This document shows, in pieces, positions 27,720 through 43,424 of a DNA stretch of 64,000 bases (position 1 is the stretch's first letter; every line of letters begins with the position of its first letter). The notes beneath the pieces are model-generated. The model was not told where the DNA came from and ran no database searches. It was given only the letters and a program-made list of their open reading frames with translations. The stretch lies in the NCBI RefSeq assembly GCF_009914755.1, contig NC_060930.1, one strand, 5' to 3'. The translations under genes were made by a program, and so were the position numbers. This stretch comes from the human T2T-CHM13v2.0 reference genome, Homo sapiens.

Positions 27720-29913
27720 TCATAAAACTACAAACTTATGCTCATTTGTAATAATAACTGTGGAAGAAAAGTATTAGCAGTGGTTTCTTCATGGTGATGG
27801 AAACAGCATAATTAAGCTATCTAAAATCAAAGTCTGAAATGAACTGGTTAATTTTGCATTTTACAGTAGAGAGAGCTACACTTTGAAGTAGTTATCATCT
27901 TTTTTAAAAGAATATAAGTTAGGTAATAATTGAACATTTGGATGACTGGTCAAATTTGTGTGAGATTGGCATGCACACTGTGCAAAAATTATAATTACTG
28001 GAGATCAATTACTCTAGGTAATACTTCATTGACTATTGAAGTATCTATTTATGCCTAAATATCTAAGCGTTTCCCTTTTATTACTTTTAAAATAAATACT
28101 ACTGTACCTACTTAGAGTAATAATTCAATCTATTGAATTCATGCTTTAGATTGACTGAGGAAGAAAATCCAGCACTGCCTATAGAGCAATACCACATAGT
28201 AGATTACAGAAAGAAATTAAAAGTAGAAGCATTGGTTCTGATATCTGAATTGGGCAAATATTAAATACAAATTTTGAATGTATTTCAATTCTGCCATCTT
28301 TGAAATATAGTATTTATCATATATTGGCTGTTATTTTTAGTATTCCTATTTTTTCACTAATCTCTCCTCAAAGTAAAAGAGAAAATTAGAGAAAAAACTG
28401 GTAAAATCAAAATGAGAGTTCATTTAAGTTGCAGTTTGGCAGCATAAAATATAAGCTACTGGCCTTTGAACCTTTCTGCTGTAGTTGTTGAAAAAACCCT
28501 TTATATGAAAGGGCTGGTGAATTATCTTTTCAATCAATAAATCTCTTTCTTAGAGGTTGCGTTGTTGCCCACAGGGTTGATGAGCCTAGCTAATTCCCCT
28601 TTAGGGCTGAAAAAACTATTCAGGTTCATATGACACTGCTATCCTTTAGGACTTCCTAGGATAAAGCAAATGATAAAAAATTACTACCATTAAATTGAAT
28701 AAAAAGGTCAAGCTATCACCCCTAGTCTGTAAAAAGTAATCTTGAAACAATTGGAGTTGTTTAAACCCCACATTATTGCTCCTGTGTGTTTTAAGTTCCA
28801 GTGTGAATCTTGTGATGGCAGAAATCAGAGTACCTCATCTTGTGTATCGTTTAGAATGGCCTACAACTATGGCAGATGTAACCAGAATAATCAGAAGTAC
28901 ATTCCCAAAACAAATTAATAAGACTGCTTGCATACCCAGTAAGTATGCAAGGTATACTTAAATAAGAGCCCATCTTATTGACCCATATTATTTAATGAAA
29001 AGCAATTACACAGGTGTTTTCCTTATGGAGTTATAAGAGGCAAGCCAAAAAATCAAAGATCACAGACAATTTACCTATAGGGCATTTTCTCATTCTAACC
29101 ATCCTCACTTTTCACAATTCAATGGGGAAAGACTGCATACTGACTTTTTTTGAAATTTAAAACCAAGAACAAATTATGTTAATGTCAGAATTGTTACCTG
29201 TATTTGGTTCAGTAAAGATTCTTACATATATGCAAAACAATTGCATATAATCCAGATTATATGTGTTGACATATTGTATTTATTTCCTATATATTGATTT
29301 TTTTTTAAATTGGAAGACTTAAGTTACAGAGACAGATTAAAGGAAAATCTATTTGTTAAAAAATATGTGTATTCTCTATGAATAGGAATGCACAGATTTT
29401 TCTCTCTCATAACTCATTGTGATTTTGGCATTTGAGAGTTTCCTACAACAGAAAACAAGATTAGTAATGATTCATATTAGTTGAGCAGTGAAAATTCTCT
29501 CTTTCTCCGTGCCTATGTTTTATGAGGTGAAGTATGTGAATAAAACAAAAATGTGGATTGGTCATTTATCCTTTCCCGCATAACTAAGCTAAAGTGAAAC
29601 TGGAAAGTCTTGAATGTTTACTGCATCTTTAGAAATACACACACTCAAAAATACTTTTACTCATTTTCTTAAAACCTATTTCTGCATTTTGATGGTCCAG
29701 TATCTTTTAAAAAGATAGTTAGTTGGATTGCATATTAACTCTCTACAACTTTGGTACAAAGAAAAAATTACCTGTTCCCTTTATTTCTCATTAGCAGCTC
29801 TGGTCTCTTTCATGAGAAACCATTCATTGGTTGGTAGGAGAAAGATCAACTAAATATCTTGTCCAGTTTAAAGCCTGGATTGATCACAATATTAAACCAT
29901 GTTTCAGATAGAC

Positions 29914-30341
29914 TGTTTAATTAAATTTGTTGTAGAGCTGCCTTCATACATATTTTCAATTTGGCCTAAAAGTTTCTTTGTACATAGTGAACTGTAACTT
30001 AATTTGATGTGTAAATAGATGGTAACCTATTTGTGTGACAAATAGCCCAGTCTTAGCCCACCACAGCATGCAAACTTCAATCACCCACAGGTGCCCACCT
30101 GTTCAAAACAGGTTCAAGTAAGGCAAATGCCCAGCTCTAACCAGTCCAGTTGTTTCTGTACCTTAGTTCCATTTTCTATATGCTATTTTCCTTTTTCTGT
30201 CCATATATGTTATCCAACCATGTAGCAGCCCTGGAATCACTCTGAACCTAGTCTGGTTCTGAGGGCTGCCCAATTCACAAATTGTCCTTTGCTTAATTAA
30301 ACTCTATTAAATTGAGCTTGCCTAAACATTTTCTTTTAACA
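29914..30341 (+). mobile_element. MER57 (ERV1) solo LTR
   Basis: TGTTTAATTAAATT...GGCCTAAAAGTTTCTTTGTACATAGTGAACTGTAAC...TAAGGCAAATGCC...ATTAAACTCTATTAAATT...TTTTCTTTTAACA matches the recalled MER57 consensus; TG...CA ends. Confidence 0.85.
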
Positions 30342-30862
30342 CATCTCATTGATTCTCACCATAAGACAAACATCTAGTAGTAGGAAGCACTGTGTTGGGT
30401 GGACCAGCCACCTGGCCTCATGCCAGCTCAGCTGATGTGTCATTTGAAAGGTAAATCCTATGTGTGTTTTATGTTTAGGTGTCCCTGGCTTCTAATGCTT
30501 AAGTCTGTGGTCTATTAACCTTGGGGTCCACCCTCAGCTCTAGAAACAGTCCTCATGGCAGTTCCTAATGAGCCTGGATCTACCTAAGGATTTGTTTATA
30601 TAACTCATCTGCAATCTGAGTGTTACTGTCTTTGATCCCAGCCAGGGTGTACTACAGTAGGGACTCCAGCAAGCCTCTGACATGTTTCTGGTTCTATAAA
30701 ATAAAATGAAATAAAATAAAATAAACAAAGGATTTTTAGAGAACACTCAAATGCTTCCTTCTGCTGGACAGTACCAAAGTTACTGTGATAAATCTGTTGC
30801 TGAGTAATGGGTACCATGCCCCTCAGCTTTCCAAATAACTAATGACCTATTGTTTTCCACTC

Positions 30863-31223
30863 TGTATTAGTTCGTTTTCACAGAGCTATAAAGAAATACC
30901 TGAGACTGGGTAATTTATGAAGAAAGATTTAATCGACTCACAGTTCCACATGGCTGGGGAGGCCTCAGGAAACTCACAGTCATGGCAGAAAGTGAAGGGG
31001 AAGCAAGGCACACCCTACATGGCAGCAGGAGAGAGAGCAAAGGGGAGAAGTGCCACTCTTTCAAACCATCAACTCTCATGAGAACTCACTGACTATCAGG
31101 AGAACAGCAAGGGAGAAATCCGCCTCCATGATCCAACCATCTTCCACCACGCCCCTCCTCTGACATGCGGGAATTACAGTCTGAGATGAGATTTGCGTGG
31201 GGACACAGAGCCAAGCCATATAA
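30863..31223 (-). mobile_element. MaLR solo LTR (THE1D/MSTA-like)
   Basis: TGTATTAGTTCGTTTTCAC...GAGGCCTCAGGAAACTCACAGTCATGGC...GGGGACACAGAGCCAAGCCATATAA. Confidence 0.9.
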
Positions 31224-31699
31224 CATGCTAATATAAATGCCTCTTTCTAAAAAAGATCTAAAAAACGGAAATCAGAACATCTGTCTGCTAGTCATTTCTC
31301 TGTCCTCTGCTTCTCATCTGTTACTCCTTTAGTTTCCCTAGGGTCAGAAAAGACCCAGCTTCCCTGTTTGCTCTTCCTATGTGGAATTCTATGGCTTAGC
31401 CCACACAACCTAGCTCTTGCCATGCAAAACAGAGATAAAGGAATTTAACAATCTTCTCTCATGACACTACCATCACTGTCAAGGTTATTGACTTGCTTCC
31501 AAATCGCATTTTTCAACGTCAAAAGCTGAATCTTTCCCGTTGATTCCTTTTGTAACAACTTATAATCTTCTTCAGGCAGAAGGACAGAGTAGGGCAAAGT
31601 GCATGTGGTGCAAAGGAAAGTTTCAAATGTTAAAAAGAAAAATAATTAATAACCTTAGATCATCACACTTATTACTTTTTTCTCTTTATGCTTCTAAAA

Positions 31700-32630
31700 G
31701 TAGATCATGAATATAAAGTGTATATAAAATTCAAAAGACAATGTCCATCTAGGAATTTGTCCCAGAGTCAGAAAATATATATAGAAAGACTGATGAATCT
31801 TAAAGTATAAAAATTTGTCATATTTGTATGGTAAAACTTATAGTTAAAATTATTAACAATGTATTTGAGAAAATACCCTTAATATAGGTGTAAGGACATT
31901 GATGCTCACACAGTTCAAAGTTCTTACAAGTAAAGAAGGAAAGGACAGCCTTCCTATTCATGAATAAGCAAATGCAAAATTAGAAATGTGAATTGTTAGT
32001 AAATATTAAAATAAATATTTGGCCTTTACTCATTATCAAAGAAATGAAAAGTAGAATGAGATACCATTTCCCCTACAGATTGGCAAAAATTCAAAAGAAT
32101 GGTAAAGGCCAGGAAGGGGAACCACATAAAGAAATTGACACTCTTCTTTATGGTGGCATTAGAGACATATAATTGTTGAGATCATTGGTTTTAGAAAAGA
32201 GATAAGCTTGTGGATTAAAATTCCTAGATTATTAGTTACTGCATCAACTAATTAAACATGCAAATATGTTTAATTTCTATGCTTTAAGCTTTATTAGTCT
32301 TTCTATATATATTTTCTGACTCTGGGACACATTCCTTGGGAGGCTAATATACGGGATTTTTATGTAATGTACTTGACATGGTAAGTGTCAATACAAAGTT
32401 GTTGTGGTTGTTAGAATATACATTGGTTCAGCCATTTTGAACAGGAACTTATCAAAACATGCATAAAGCTTTAAAGAATGTATATGTCATATGAGCCAAC
32501 ATTTCTAGGAATTTTTCCAAAATAACGAATCAAATGTATATGTACAATTATGAAGAGTTAAATCACAGCTTATTTAAAATACAAAATTGGAAACAAATGT
32601 GCCAAAATAGGGATTTATTAAAATCTTTCC
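31700..32630 (+). mobile_element. Old L1M 3' fragments with a nested MIR (~32190-32420)
   Basis: AATGAGATACCATTTCCCCTACAGATTGGCAAAAATT; AATTGGAAACAAATGTGCCAAAATAGGG. Confidence 0.6.
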
Positions 32631-32972
32631 ATACCTACTACTAAAATCCAGCATCTGTTGAATGTACTTTGTTTCTTGCCTGACTTTCCATTTTGCTCCT
32701 GCAAGATCAACCATATGTTTTAAAGCAACTTGTCATATTTTGATCTAGCATTTACTTGGACTTGAAGATTTTTCAGGTGTTCTTAACTTATTTTATTTAA
32801 GAAAAAAATCAGTGCACATTTTTTGACATTGGTACATTTTCATCACATATTAATATTTAAATTGAAAGCAACAATCTTCAAAGAAGTGTATATTTGAATT
32901 ATTTTTAATACACATCAAATAGTATGAAATAAAATATTAAAACATTATCTTCAGTTGATTGGATTACTAGCA

Positions 32973-33000
32973 AGAGAGAGAGAGAGAGTGTGTGTGTGTG
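32973..33000. repeat. (AG)8(TG)6 compound microsatellite
   Basis: Direct reading. Confidence 0.9.
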
Positions 33001-34076
33001 TATACTTACTTTTCCATGTTTTAAACAGTAGTATTTTCTTCTTTGAGCATATATTAATTTATCATTATAAATACTTTAATAAATGAATCTATATATATTA
33101 TTTTTGATTTGTTAAAACACATACACTTTTTTAAAAAATTAAAAATTTTGATTCTTTTTTATTATATTTTCTGTGCATACAACTTTTTAAATTACTTTAC
33201 AGAGTTATAGTACATCTATTGTTTTGTTACTTTTTTTAAAAAATACCATCTGACAATATTAAATAAACTCAGTAAACACACAAGTATCCCGATATTCAAT
33301 ATCCAAATCATTCTGATTCTGACCTCCTTTTCTAGCTTTGTTTTCTATGACTCTACAGAATTAGTCCTCCTTACCTGGTGCCAGGCTGAACCACTGAATG
33401 TTCTTTAAGCATATTTCCCACTCCCAAGTCCCTTGTGATTCCTGTATATATAGATTGTATTAGCCTTATCGAAATCCCAGTATTTCAAAACATACTCATT
33501 ATTAAGGGTGAATTGAAGCATGACATTTTCCACTGTATTCTGCCTTCTTTAATACTTTGAGGAAAAAATAGTATCTTTATCTTTGAATTACTATACATTT
33601 TTAATTCACGCATTTTACAACGCCAGTTGCATAGAATCCTGGGTTGTAGATATTTGTAAACAATACTTTTTTCCCTTTAGGTAAAGTCTTTCTAAAGACA
33701 GAGATCCTGAATCCTTAGAGTCGTCAACTCATTTTATTCTGTTTGACATATAGATGTACTAGAATTTAATAAATTTAGTGAATTATTTTCCATTTTTAAG
33801 AAAAAATAGTATCTTGAATCAACAGTTTAGCTATGGCATTTTGATCCTATCCATTTCAAGATCATGTAGGACTTCAGGAGATATCTTGAAAAGTTATCTC
33901 TGAGTTATTCTTTCTGGATAGCTTGAACTTCAGTTATCATAAGTATATTAAGGAAAATAACTTACACTAAAATCTAAGACTAAACAAGACATGCAAGAAT
34001 ACATCATTTAATTAAGTTGCATTCTTCAGTCTGCATGATTTGTTTCTTTTGCCCGATTGCTTTATAACATTACCAT

Positions 34077-34680
34077 TGAGACAGGAATAATACAGGGTGG
34101 TCACAGGAGAACAGAAAATTCCAGGCAGCAGTTTCACATGACTAGCAAAAAGAAACTGTTGAAATAAATGCATAAACTAAGGGCTGATAAAACCTCGAAA
34201 CACCAGGGTGTGAGGCAAGATAGCTAAGATCAACTGGACCCAACATGGTTCTGGGTTTGAACTAAGTTTCACCTAGGACCTCACTATACACTCATTAACA
34301 TACTAAAATCACACACCTGCCAGTGCCATGACAGTTCCAGGAACACCTGTATTTGGTGTAACAATAGGTGGTACTAGAGTTCCAAGAAACTTTCACCTTT
34401 TTCCAGGAATCTCCATGGATATTCCAACTCTTGGTTAAGGAAACCCACAAACACAGAAACCCTAAGCCCCTCTTCATGACTCTTTCTTAAGTATGCCTGC
34501 ACTCCCCTTTCTAGAGTGTGTACTTTTCACTTTCAAATATTAATATGTGATCTCCGTACTTTCACTGTTTTCTGACTTGTCCTTGAATTCCTTCTCATGA
34601 CAGTGTCAAGAGCCTGGACACACGGGCTGGAGTTGAGGTCCCACTGGCATTTGGAGAGCTACCCCAACTCACCAGTATCA
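34077..34680 (+). mobile_element. MER41-family (MER41E-like) ERV1 solo LTR
   Basis: TGAGACAGGAATAATACAGGGTGGTC...CATTAACATACTAAAATCACAC...CAGTGCCATGACAGTT...ACCAGTATCA; perfect 4-bp TSD CCAT at 34073-76 and 34681-84. Confidence 0.85.
34335..34409. promoter_or_regulatory. Cluster of three GAS (TTCN3GAA) STAT motifs in the MER41 LTR
   Basis: TTCCAGGAA at 34335-43, TTCCAAGAA at 34380-88, TTCCAGGAA at 34401-09; function untested. Confidence 0.5.
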
Positions 34681-35062
34681 CCATGTCAACATATTTGAGT
34701 TTTGATTTTACTTTTGATTTTGCTTTATGGAATGCAATATTGTTTAAAACCAGGAGCCAAATGTCAGTCATGGAAGCATACTGGTTCATCAGAGACATCA
34801 TAACTGAGGGTTTCAGACAGGGAGGAAAAGAACCCCTCAGGAACATGATAAAATTAGATCTAATTTATGTGCACTGTTGAGCCATATATTGAGGTCAGGA
34901 GTTGTGACTGAACTGCACCATTTGTGAACTGCTATTCATTGTCTCAGAAGTAGTCTGAAACATTGCAGCTCAGGCTTCACAGCATTATTTAATTAGGTTA
35001 TCTTGAGTAGAACTTTCTGAGGGAAAAGAAGAGCACTGGAAATTCATTGGAGGTCTAATTAA

Positions 35063-37587
<2,525 letters not shown>

Positions 37588-37707
37588 AGAAATTGTTTTG
37601 TTTAGTGTTTACAATATCTTTTCTTATATTGTAATATTCTTGGTTACCAAGAGTAATAAAAAGTTGTCAGAGAAGATAGAGTGAGTTTATGTCTTTCAAA
37701 GTGATTT

Positions 37708-38029
37708 CTTTTTTAATTAAAAAATTATTTTTATTTTTTGTTGCTACATAGTAGGTGTATATATTTATAGGGTACATTAGATGTTTTAATACAGGCATAC
37801 AATGGGTAATAATCACATCAGGGTAAATGGGGTATCCATCACCTCAACCATTTATCCTTTTTTTGTGTGTTACAAAATATCCAATTATACTCTTTTAGTT
37901 GTTTCAAAATATACAATAAGTTATTGTTGATTGTAGTCACCCTGTTGTGCTATCAAATACTAGATCTTAACCACTCTGTCTAACTATATTTTTGTACCCA
38001 TGGATGATTCCCACTCATGCCCATCTTAG
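37708..38029 (-). mobile_element. L1MA 3' end (short)
   Basis: ACATAGTAGGTGTATATATTTATAGGGTACAT...GGGGTATCCATCACCTCAA; probable TSD AGTGATTT(C/T)T at ~37700 and ~38030. Confidence 0.85.
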
Positions 38030-39279
38030 AGTGATTTTTAAAAATACTCTGAGAACATGTATGTGTGTGAGGTATGTATGCCTCATTGTGATATAACATT
38101 ATGCAGTATTTGGGGATACAACACATTAAGGTGCTTGGGCCAAAAAGCCAAATAAAACAAAGCAAAATACAAACAAAACCAACAATAAACAAAGCACTTT
38201 GAAAATAAATATTATTGCTTCTTTTTTTTATCCTTAATGTTTTCCTTTCCTATTTCCAGAGGCGAATATGATTTTTTTCCTCTTCTTTAATTCTGTCTTG
38301 AAAGCCTTCTATAGATATCAGTGGGAGAAAACCATGAGGCCTTCAATATTTCATTTAAGCTACTAAGCACAAGGAATACTTAAATATTTTTCACCTATAT
38401 GCAATTGCTTTTACTCTTGCATCAAACACTGCTAGGGTGTGAGGAAGTGGGTCTTATTATTCAAACCTAACCTTGATTTTCTAAAGTAGTATTTTAACAA
38501 CCAGATGCAAAATATTTTAGGAAGTGAACTGGGTTTCGATCATTTCTAGGGCATACCATATTTGTGTTGAGATAAGCACAGTGGTTGGCTATTAGTTTTC
38601 TGTTCTGCAATGGCACATTATGAATGTTCCTATAAACCTGTACTCACGGTATATGGACTTGGGAAGCACTATGGTTAAGACTGAGAATATCTAGCTTCCA
38701 CTTAGTTGCCTGGACCTGAAATTTGGAAGTCATCCTTGCTTCTTCTCCCTTACCCATCACTGAGTATCAAAGCTTATCAACCCTACTTTTTTCATATCCT
38801 TTGAGGCCAACCAAATTTTACTCAGTAAAAGCCTCTCTATTTTAGGTCATCTCTTACCCAGGTTACTCCTACAGCCTCTTAAGTTGTCTCTGTGCCTCCT
38901 ATTTTCTTCCCTCCAAACCAGTTTTGCCACTTCAGAAAGTGTGATTTTTCTAAAATATAAATATGATTTCTTGTTCACCTGCCTCCAAACCCTTCCCATT
39001 TATTTAAGGATAAACTCCAAACAACTTTTAAAAGCCTTCATGACCTGGACCTTTTGCATATTTTTAGCTTCACCAACCTAGAACTTCTTCCCTTTCATCC
39101 TATGTTCCTGGATTTCTGAATATCTTGTTGTTCCCAGACCATATAATGATACTGTTATTATATATATATATATTTATATTTTATATCTATGATTTTCTTA
39201 ACTACCACCCCCACCCAGCCCTTCAACACTCATCTGATTACCACATTAATTTATACTCGTCTTTAAGACTAGACTTAGG

Positions 39280-40608
39280 GTCAGATGATTTTTGACAATG
39301 ATGCTAAGACCACTCAATGGGGCAAAAATGTCTTTTCAAAAAATGGTGCTGGGTAAACTGGATAGCCACATACAAAAGCATGGAGTTGGACTGCTTCCTA
39401 GTACCATATACAAAAATTAACTTTAAATGGATTAATGATCTACTTGTAAAACCTAAATCTATAAAATGCTAAGAAGATAACATAGGGCAAAGCTTCATGA
39501 CATTGGATTTGGCAGCAATTTCTAAAATATGACACCAAAGGCATAGTCAACAAAAGAAAACTAGACAAATTGGACTTCATGAAAATTAAAAATTTTATAC
39601 ACCAAAACTGGCTATCAACAGAATAAAACAGAAATTCACCAAATGGGAAAAATATTTGCAAATCATCTATCTGATAAGGAATTAATATCCAAAATATATA
39701 AAGAATGCTTAAAACTGGACCAAAAAAAAAAAAAAAAAACCAAGTAAAAAATGAGCAAAGGACTTGAATAGATACTTCTCTAAAGAAGATATACAAATGG
39801 CCAATAGGCACATGCAAAGATATTCAATATCAGTAATCATTAGAAAATGAAAATCAAAACTATAATGAGATATCACTTCATACACATTACAATGGCTAAT
39901 ATTTAAAAAATAACAAGTATGGGGATATAGAGTAATTAGAACCTTGGGTACTGTTGGTGGAAATGTAAAATGGTACAGTCACTGTGGAAATAAGTATGAC
40001 ATTTACTGAAAATATTAATAATAAAACTATTATATGATCCAGCAGTTCTCCTTGTGGGTATATACGTCTCAAGAATTGAAAGCAGGGTCTCTAGGAGATA
40101 GTTGTACACCCATGTTTATAGCAGCATTATTCGCGATAGTTAAAACATGTAAGCAAAAAATTTGCTTATGAATGGATGAATGGATATGCAAAATGTAGTA
40201 CATATACACAATAAAACATTATTCAGCCTTCAAATGGAAGAAAATTCTAACACATGCTACAACATGAATGAAACTTGAGTACATTTAGGCTAAGTGAAAT
40301 ACGCCAGTCATGTAAAGATAAATACTGTATAATTCCATATATATAAGGTACTTTGGTAGTCAAAATCATAGAGACAGAAAGCTGACTGGTGGTTGCCAGA
40401 AGCTGAGGGGAGGGGAGAATAAGTTATTATTTAATGGGTATAGAGTTCCAGTTTTATAAAATGAGAAGAGTTATGAGGATGGATGGTAGTGATGGTTGCA
40501 CAAGATTATAAATATATCCAATATTATTGAACCATACACACAAAAATGGTTGAGTTTGAATTTAAATTTTATGCTTTATATATTTGCCACAAAAAATGAA
40601 GCAAAAAC
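39280..40608 (+). mobile_element. L1MB (MB3/4-like) 3' 1.3 kb, inserted in an L2 (~38690-39279 and 40609-40740)
   Basis: ORF2 C-terminal homology, then the 3' UTR CAAAATCATAGAGACAGAAAG...GGATGGATGGTAGTGATGGTTGCACAA. Confidence 0.85.
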
Positions 40609-40774
40609 AGAGTAGGCTAAGATGACATTTCCTCCAGGAAACCTCAAGAGCTCCCCTATCTCCTAGTCTCTTCTTGAGCACCAAATACTCTGCATGATCC
40701 TGCCACTGAACTTGGTTCCCTGAATTATAATTGTTTGTGCCTTTTTTAAATACCCAAAATCTTCCTTAAATTTC

Positions 40775-41385
40775 AGTATCAAAATTCCAGCTGGTGAATA
40801 CTTTTACTCATCATGGTGTAGAGAGCTCTGTGTCCCGTCTTGAATGAATGTGAGTATACTGTTAAGCTCTTTACCTTCACGTGCAGGTAAAGGAAACTAG
40901 ACATTCATTTTTCCTTTTTCCCTTTCTGAAGGAATAAAGAATGAGATTCTTTCTGCCTATATTGTGGCCCATTGACTTTCCCACCAAGTAGATACAGGAG
41001 TCATACGCAGAGGTTGCATTCACCTCATATGGATCAGAACAGCTGCACTAGCAGTTAAAATAGTGATACTAGTAACTAAAAAGCCACTGTCCTGAGCCTC
41101 CTGAGAGTGTTTCTGCTGTTTTAGCCAAGAGGGACTCTTCTTGGGACCCTCTGTTAGATGTCCTCAGATGTAACAACAAAGGGGTAATGCATGGCAGATG
41201 GGGGAACTGGCTTTTAACATTCTGCATCAGCCCTACAGCCAAGGTCTTTTCTGATTTGTTAGTGCCTATACCACACTTGTTAAGTACTTTAAATACAGTC
41301 CTTGAGTGTAAGGATATAAAATTAAATACCAATGTCTTACATAATAATTGTGTTTTTTGCTGTGCACTTAGCTATGTTATACATA
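40775..41385 (+). mobile_element. Old ERVL-type LTR (LTR33-like, tentative)
   Basis: The 3' end ATTAAATACCAATGTCTTACATAATAATTGTGTTTTTTGCTGTGCAC resembles LTR33-type ends. Confidence 0.4.
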
Positions 41386-42691
41386 CAACTCTTTAGGAAA
41401 AACAACTCAATTACATTTAAAGAATATTTCCCATACCTTGAAAAGAGAAATTATCCAGAATTACTAAGCATACTTCATGTTATAGATGCTATGTAATATA
41501 GAACATGTATATTTTAAAAATAAAATGTAATTTTAATAGTAAATATATAATTTTTAAAATAGAGAAATAATATAAACAGGATAAAATCCATGCATAATTT
41601 TGTTCTCTCACATATATAGCTTTACAAAATAAAATCCAGATTATATTTTAAATATAGATTTTAAAAGTTTATTTCATTAAAATTGTGGATCAATGATCTC
41701 TTATTGTAAAATAAGTACCTGTCAAGTTAAGTTGGAAGCACTAAAAACTACAAACAGTTATACCCATCTTCCCAGGATGCTAGACAGATCAGAAACAAAA
41801 TATACTAACATATCACCTTGGAAATGCCTTCAAAGATAATACACTAACAAAGCTCATTAATCAAATTACTATGGCATACTAAACAAACAAGAACATTTTC
41901 ATTATTGTGAAGTTTTGCTAAATAATCAATAGTCTCCCAGTACTTTGCAGCAGTAAATACTAAAGACAATTAGAAGCAACTTATTTCGAGTAAAATTTAA
42001 AAATAGATTAGCAGATCGGCCAGGGGAATCATAACTACAGTGTGCATGCAAGGTTGATTCCCACTTAGCCCCCCAGAGGAGTAGAATTATCTTAATATCT
42101 AGTATTAGGTTTATGGAAATAAGGTCTTTTATAAGAAATGGTGTGAAACAGATATTCCCAGCTTGTGCTGATTATCGGAAACTCTTATTTAACATATCAT
42201 GATTTGCGGCACATAAAATAAGATGGATGTTAGAAAGGAACTGATTTTCTAGGCCCTATAAAAGGTAATTGAAGCATTAAAACAACTATACAGGAAGCCA
42301 AGCCAAAGGAGTTGTGGATCAGAAAATATAACTGTGAGATGTTAGAATATCGAATAGTCTTTCTTACTAATTGAAAATGCATTCATGTACACAGTAGGGA
42401 CCTGAATACCTGTTCTATAAGTTAATTAGGTACAAATATTTAAATTGGAATTTTTCTTTGGTTAAAGGAGTCTAAGGTTAATAATAATGTTTATGTATAT
42501 ATAGACACACATGTATACATCAATATGACAAAACATTGTTAAGAAAAATATTTAGCTATCCTACGCAGAGAGATAAATTTTACCTACATGGATCTGTGTT
42601 TTAAATATATTTTTAATAAACTTCCAATTTCAAATAAAAGTATCTCACACTACGTTTGCACCATAAATTGTTTGGGATGAAATAGTGGAAA

Positions 42692-43049
42692 GTGCCAGGC
42701 ATGGTGACCCATGCCTGTAATCCTAGCACTTTGGGAGGCTGAGATGGATGGATCACTTGAGGTCAGGAGTTCAAGACCAGCCTGGCCAACATGGCAAAAT
42801 CCCATTGCTACTAAAAATACAAAAATTAGCCAGGTGTGGTGGTGTATGCTGATAATCCCTGCTCCTCCGGAGACTGAGACACTAGAATCGCTTGAACTCA
42901 CGAGGCAGAGGTTGGAGTCAGCTGAGATCGTACCACTGCACTCCAGCCTGGGTGACAGAGTGAGACTCTGTCTCAAAAAAAAATAATAATAAAGAAAAGA
43001 AAAGAAGAGGAGAGGAGAGGACAGAAAAGAAAAGAAAAGAAAAGAAAAG

Positions 43050-43080
<31 letters not shown>

Positions 43081-43112
43081 GAAAAGAAAAGGAAAGGAAA
43101 AGAAAAGAAAAA
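42692..43112 (+). mobile_element. Alu (Sz/J-like) with expanded (AAAAG)n tail
   Basis: Dimer to ~42974; (GAAAA)10 at 43024-43073; TSD GAAATA(G/A)TGGAAA at 42679-91 and 43113-25. Confidence 0.95.
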
Positions 43113-43424
43113 GAAATAATGGAAATAAAAAAACTTTGGAGTACTAGACAGGTGCCAGAAAGACTGAGAGATCATCACTGATGCTCACATGCTGTCTGAA
43201 AGTGTCTAAGTCACCCCTGTCATATTTTCATAATGGTTTTGGTTTACCCTGTGTTCCTCAAACATATTCCTTTTCCTTCAATGAGTATTGGAAGGCTTTT
43301 TGTTTATAACAAACCTCAGGAGTCTCCAACATTTTTTAGGGAGAGACTACACATTTTTAATAGGTCATGTCCATTTTATGAGTTGAACCTAGGTTATATA
43401 AACTGAAACCTGATATTGTTTGTT

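Noticed and set aside
42024-42062. GGGAATCA...TGATTCCC hairpin as a small RNA
   Set aside because: The 8-bp stem is too short for a pre-miRNA and there are no snoRNA or tRNA motifs.
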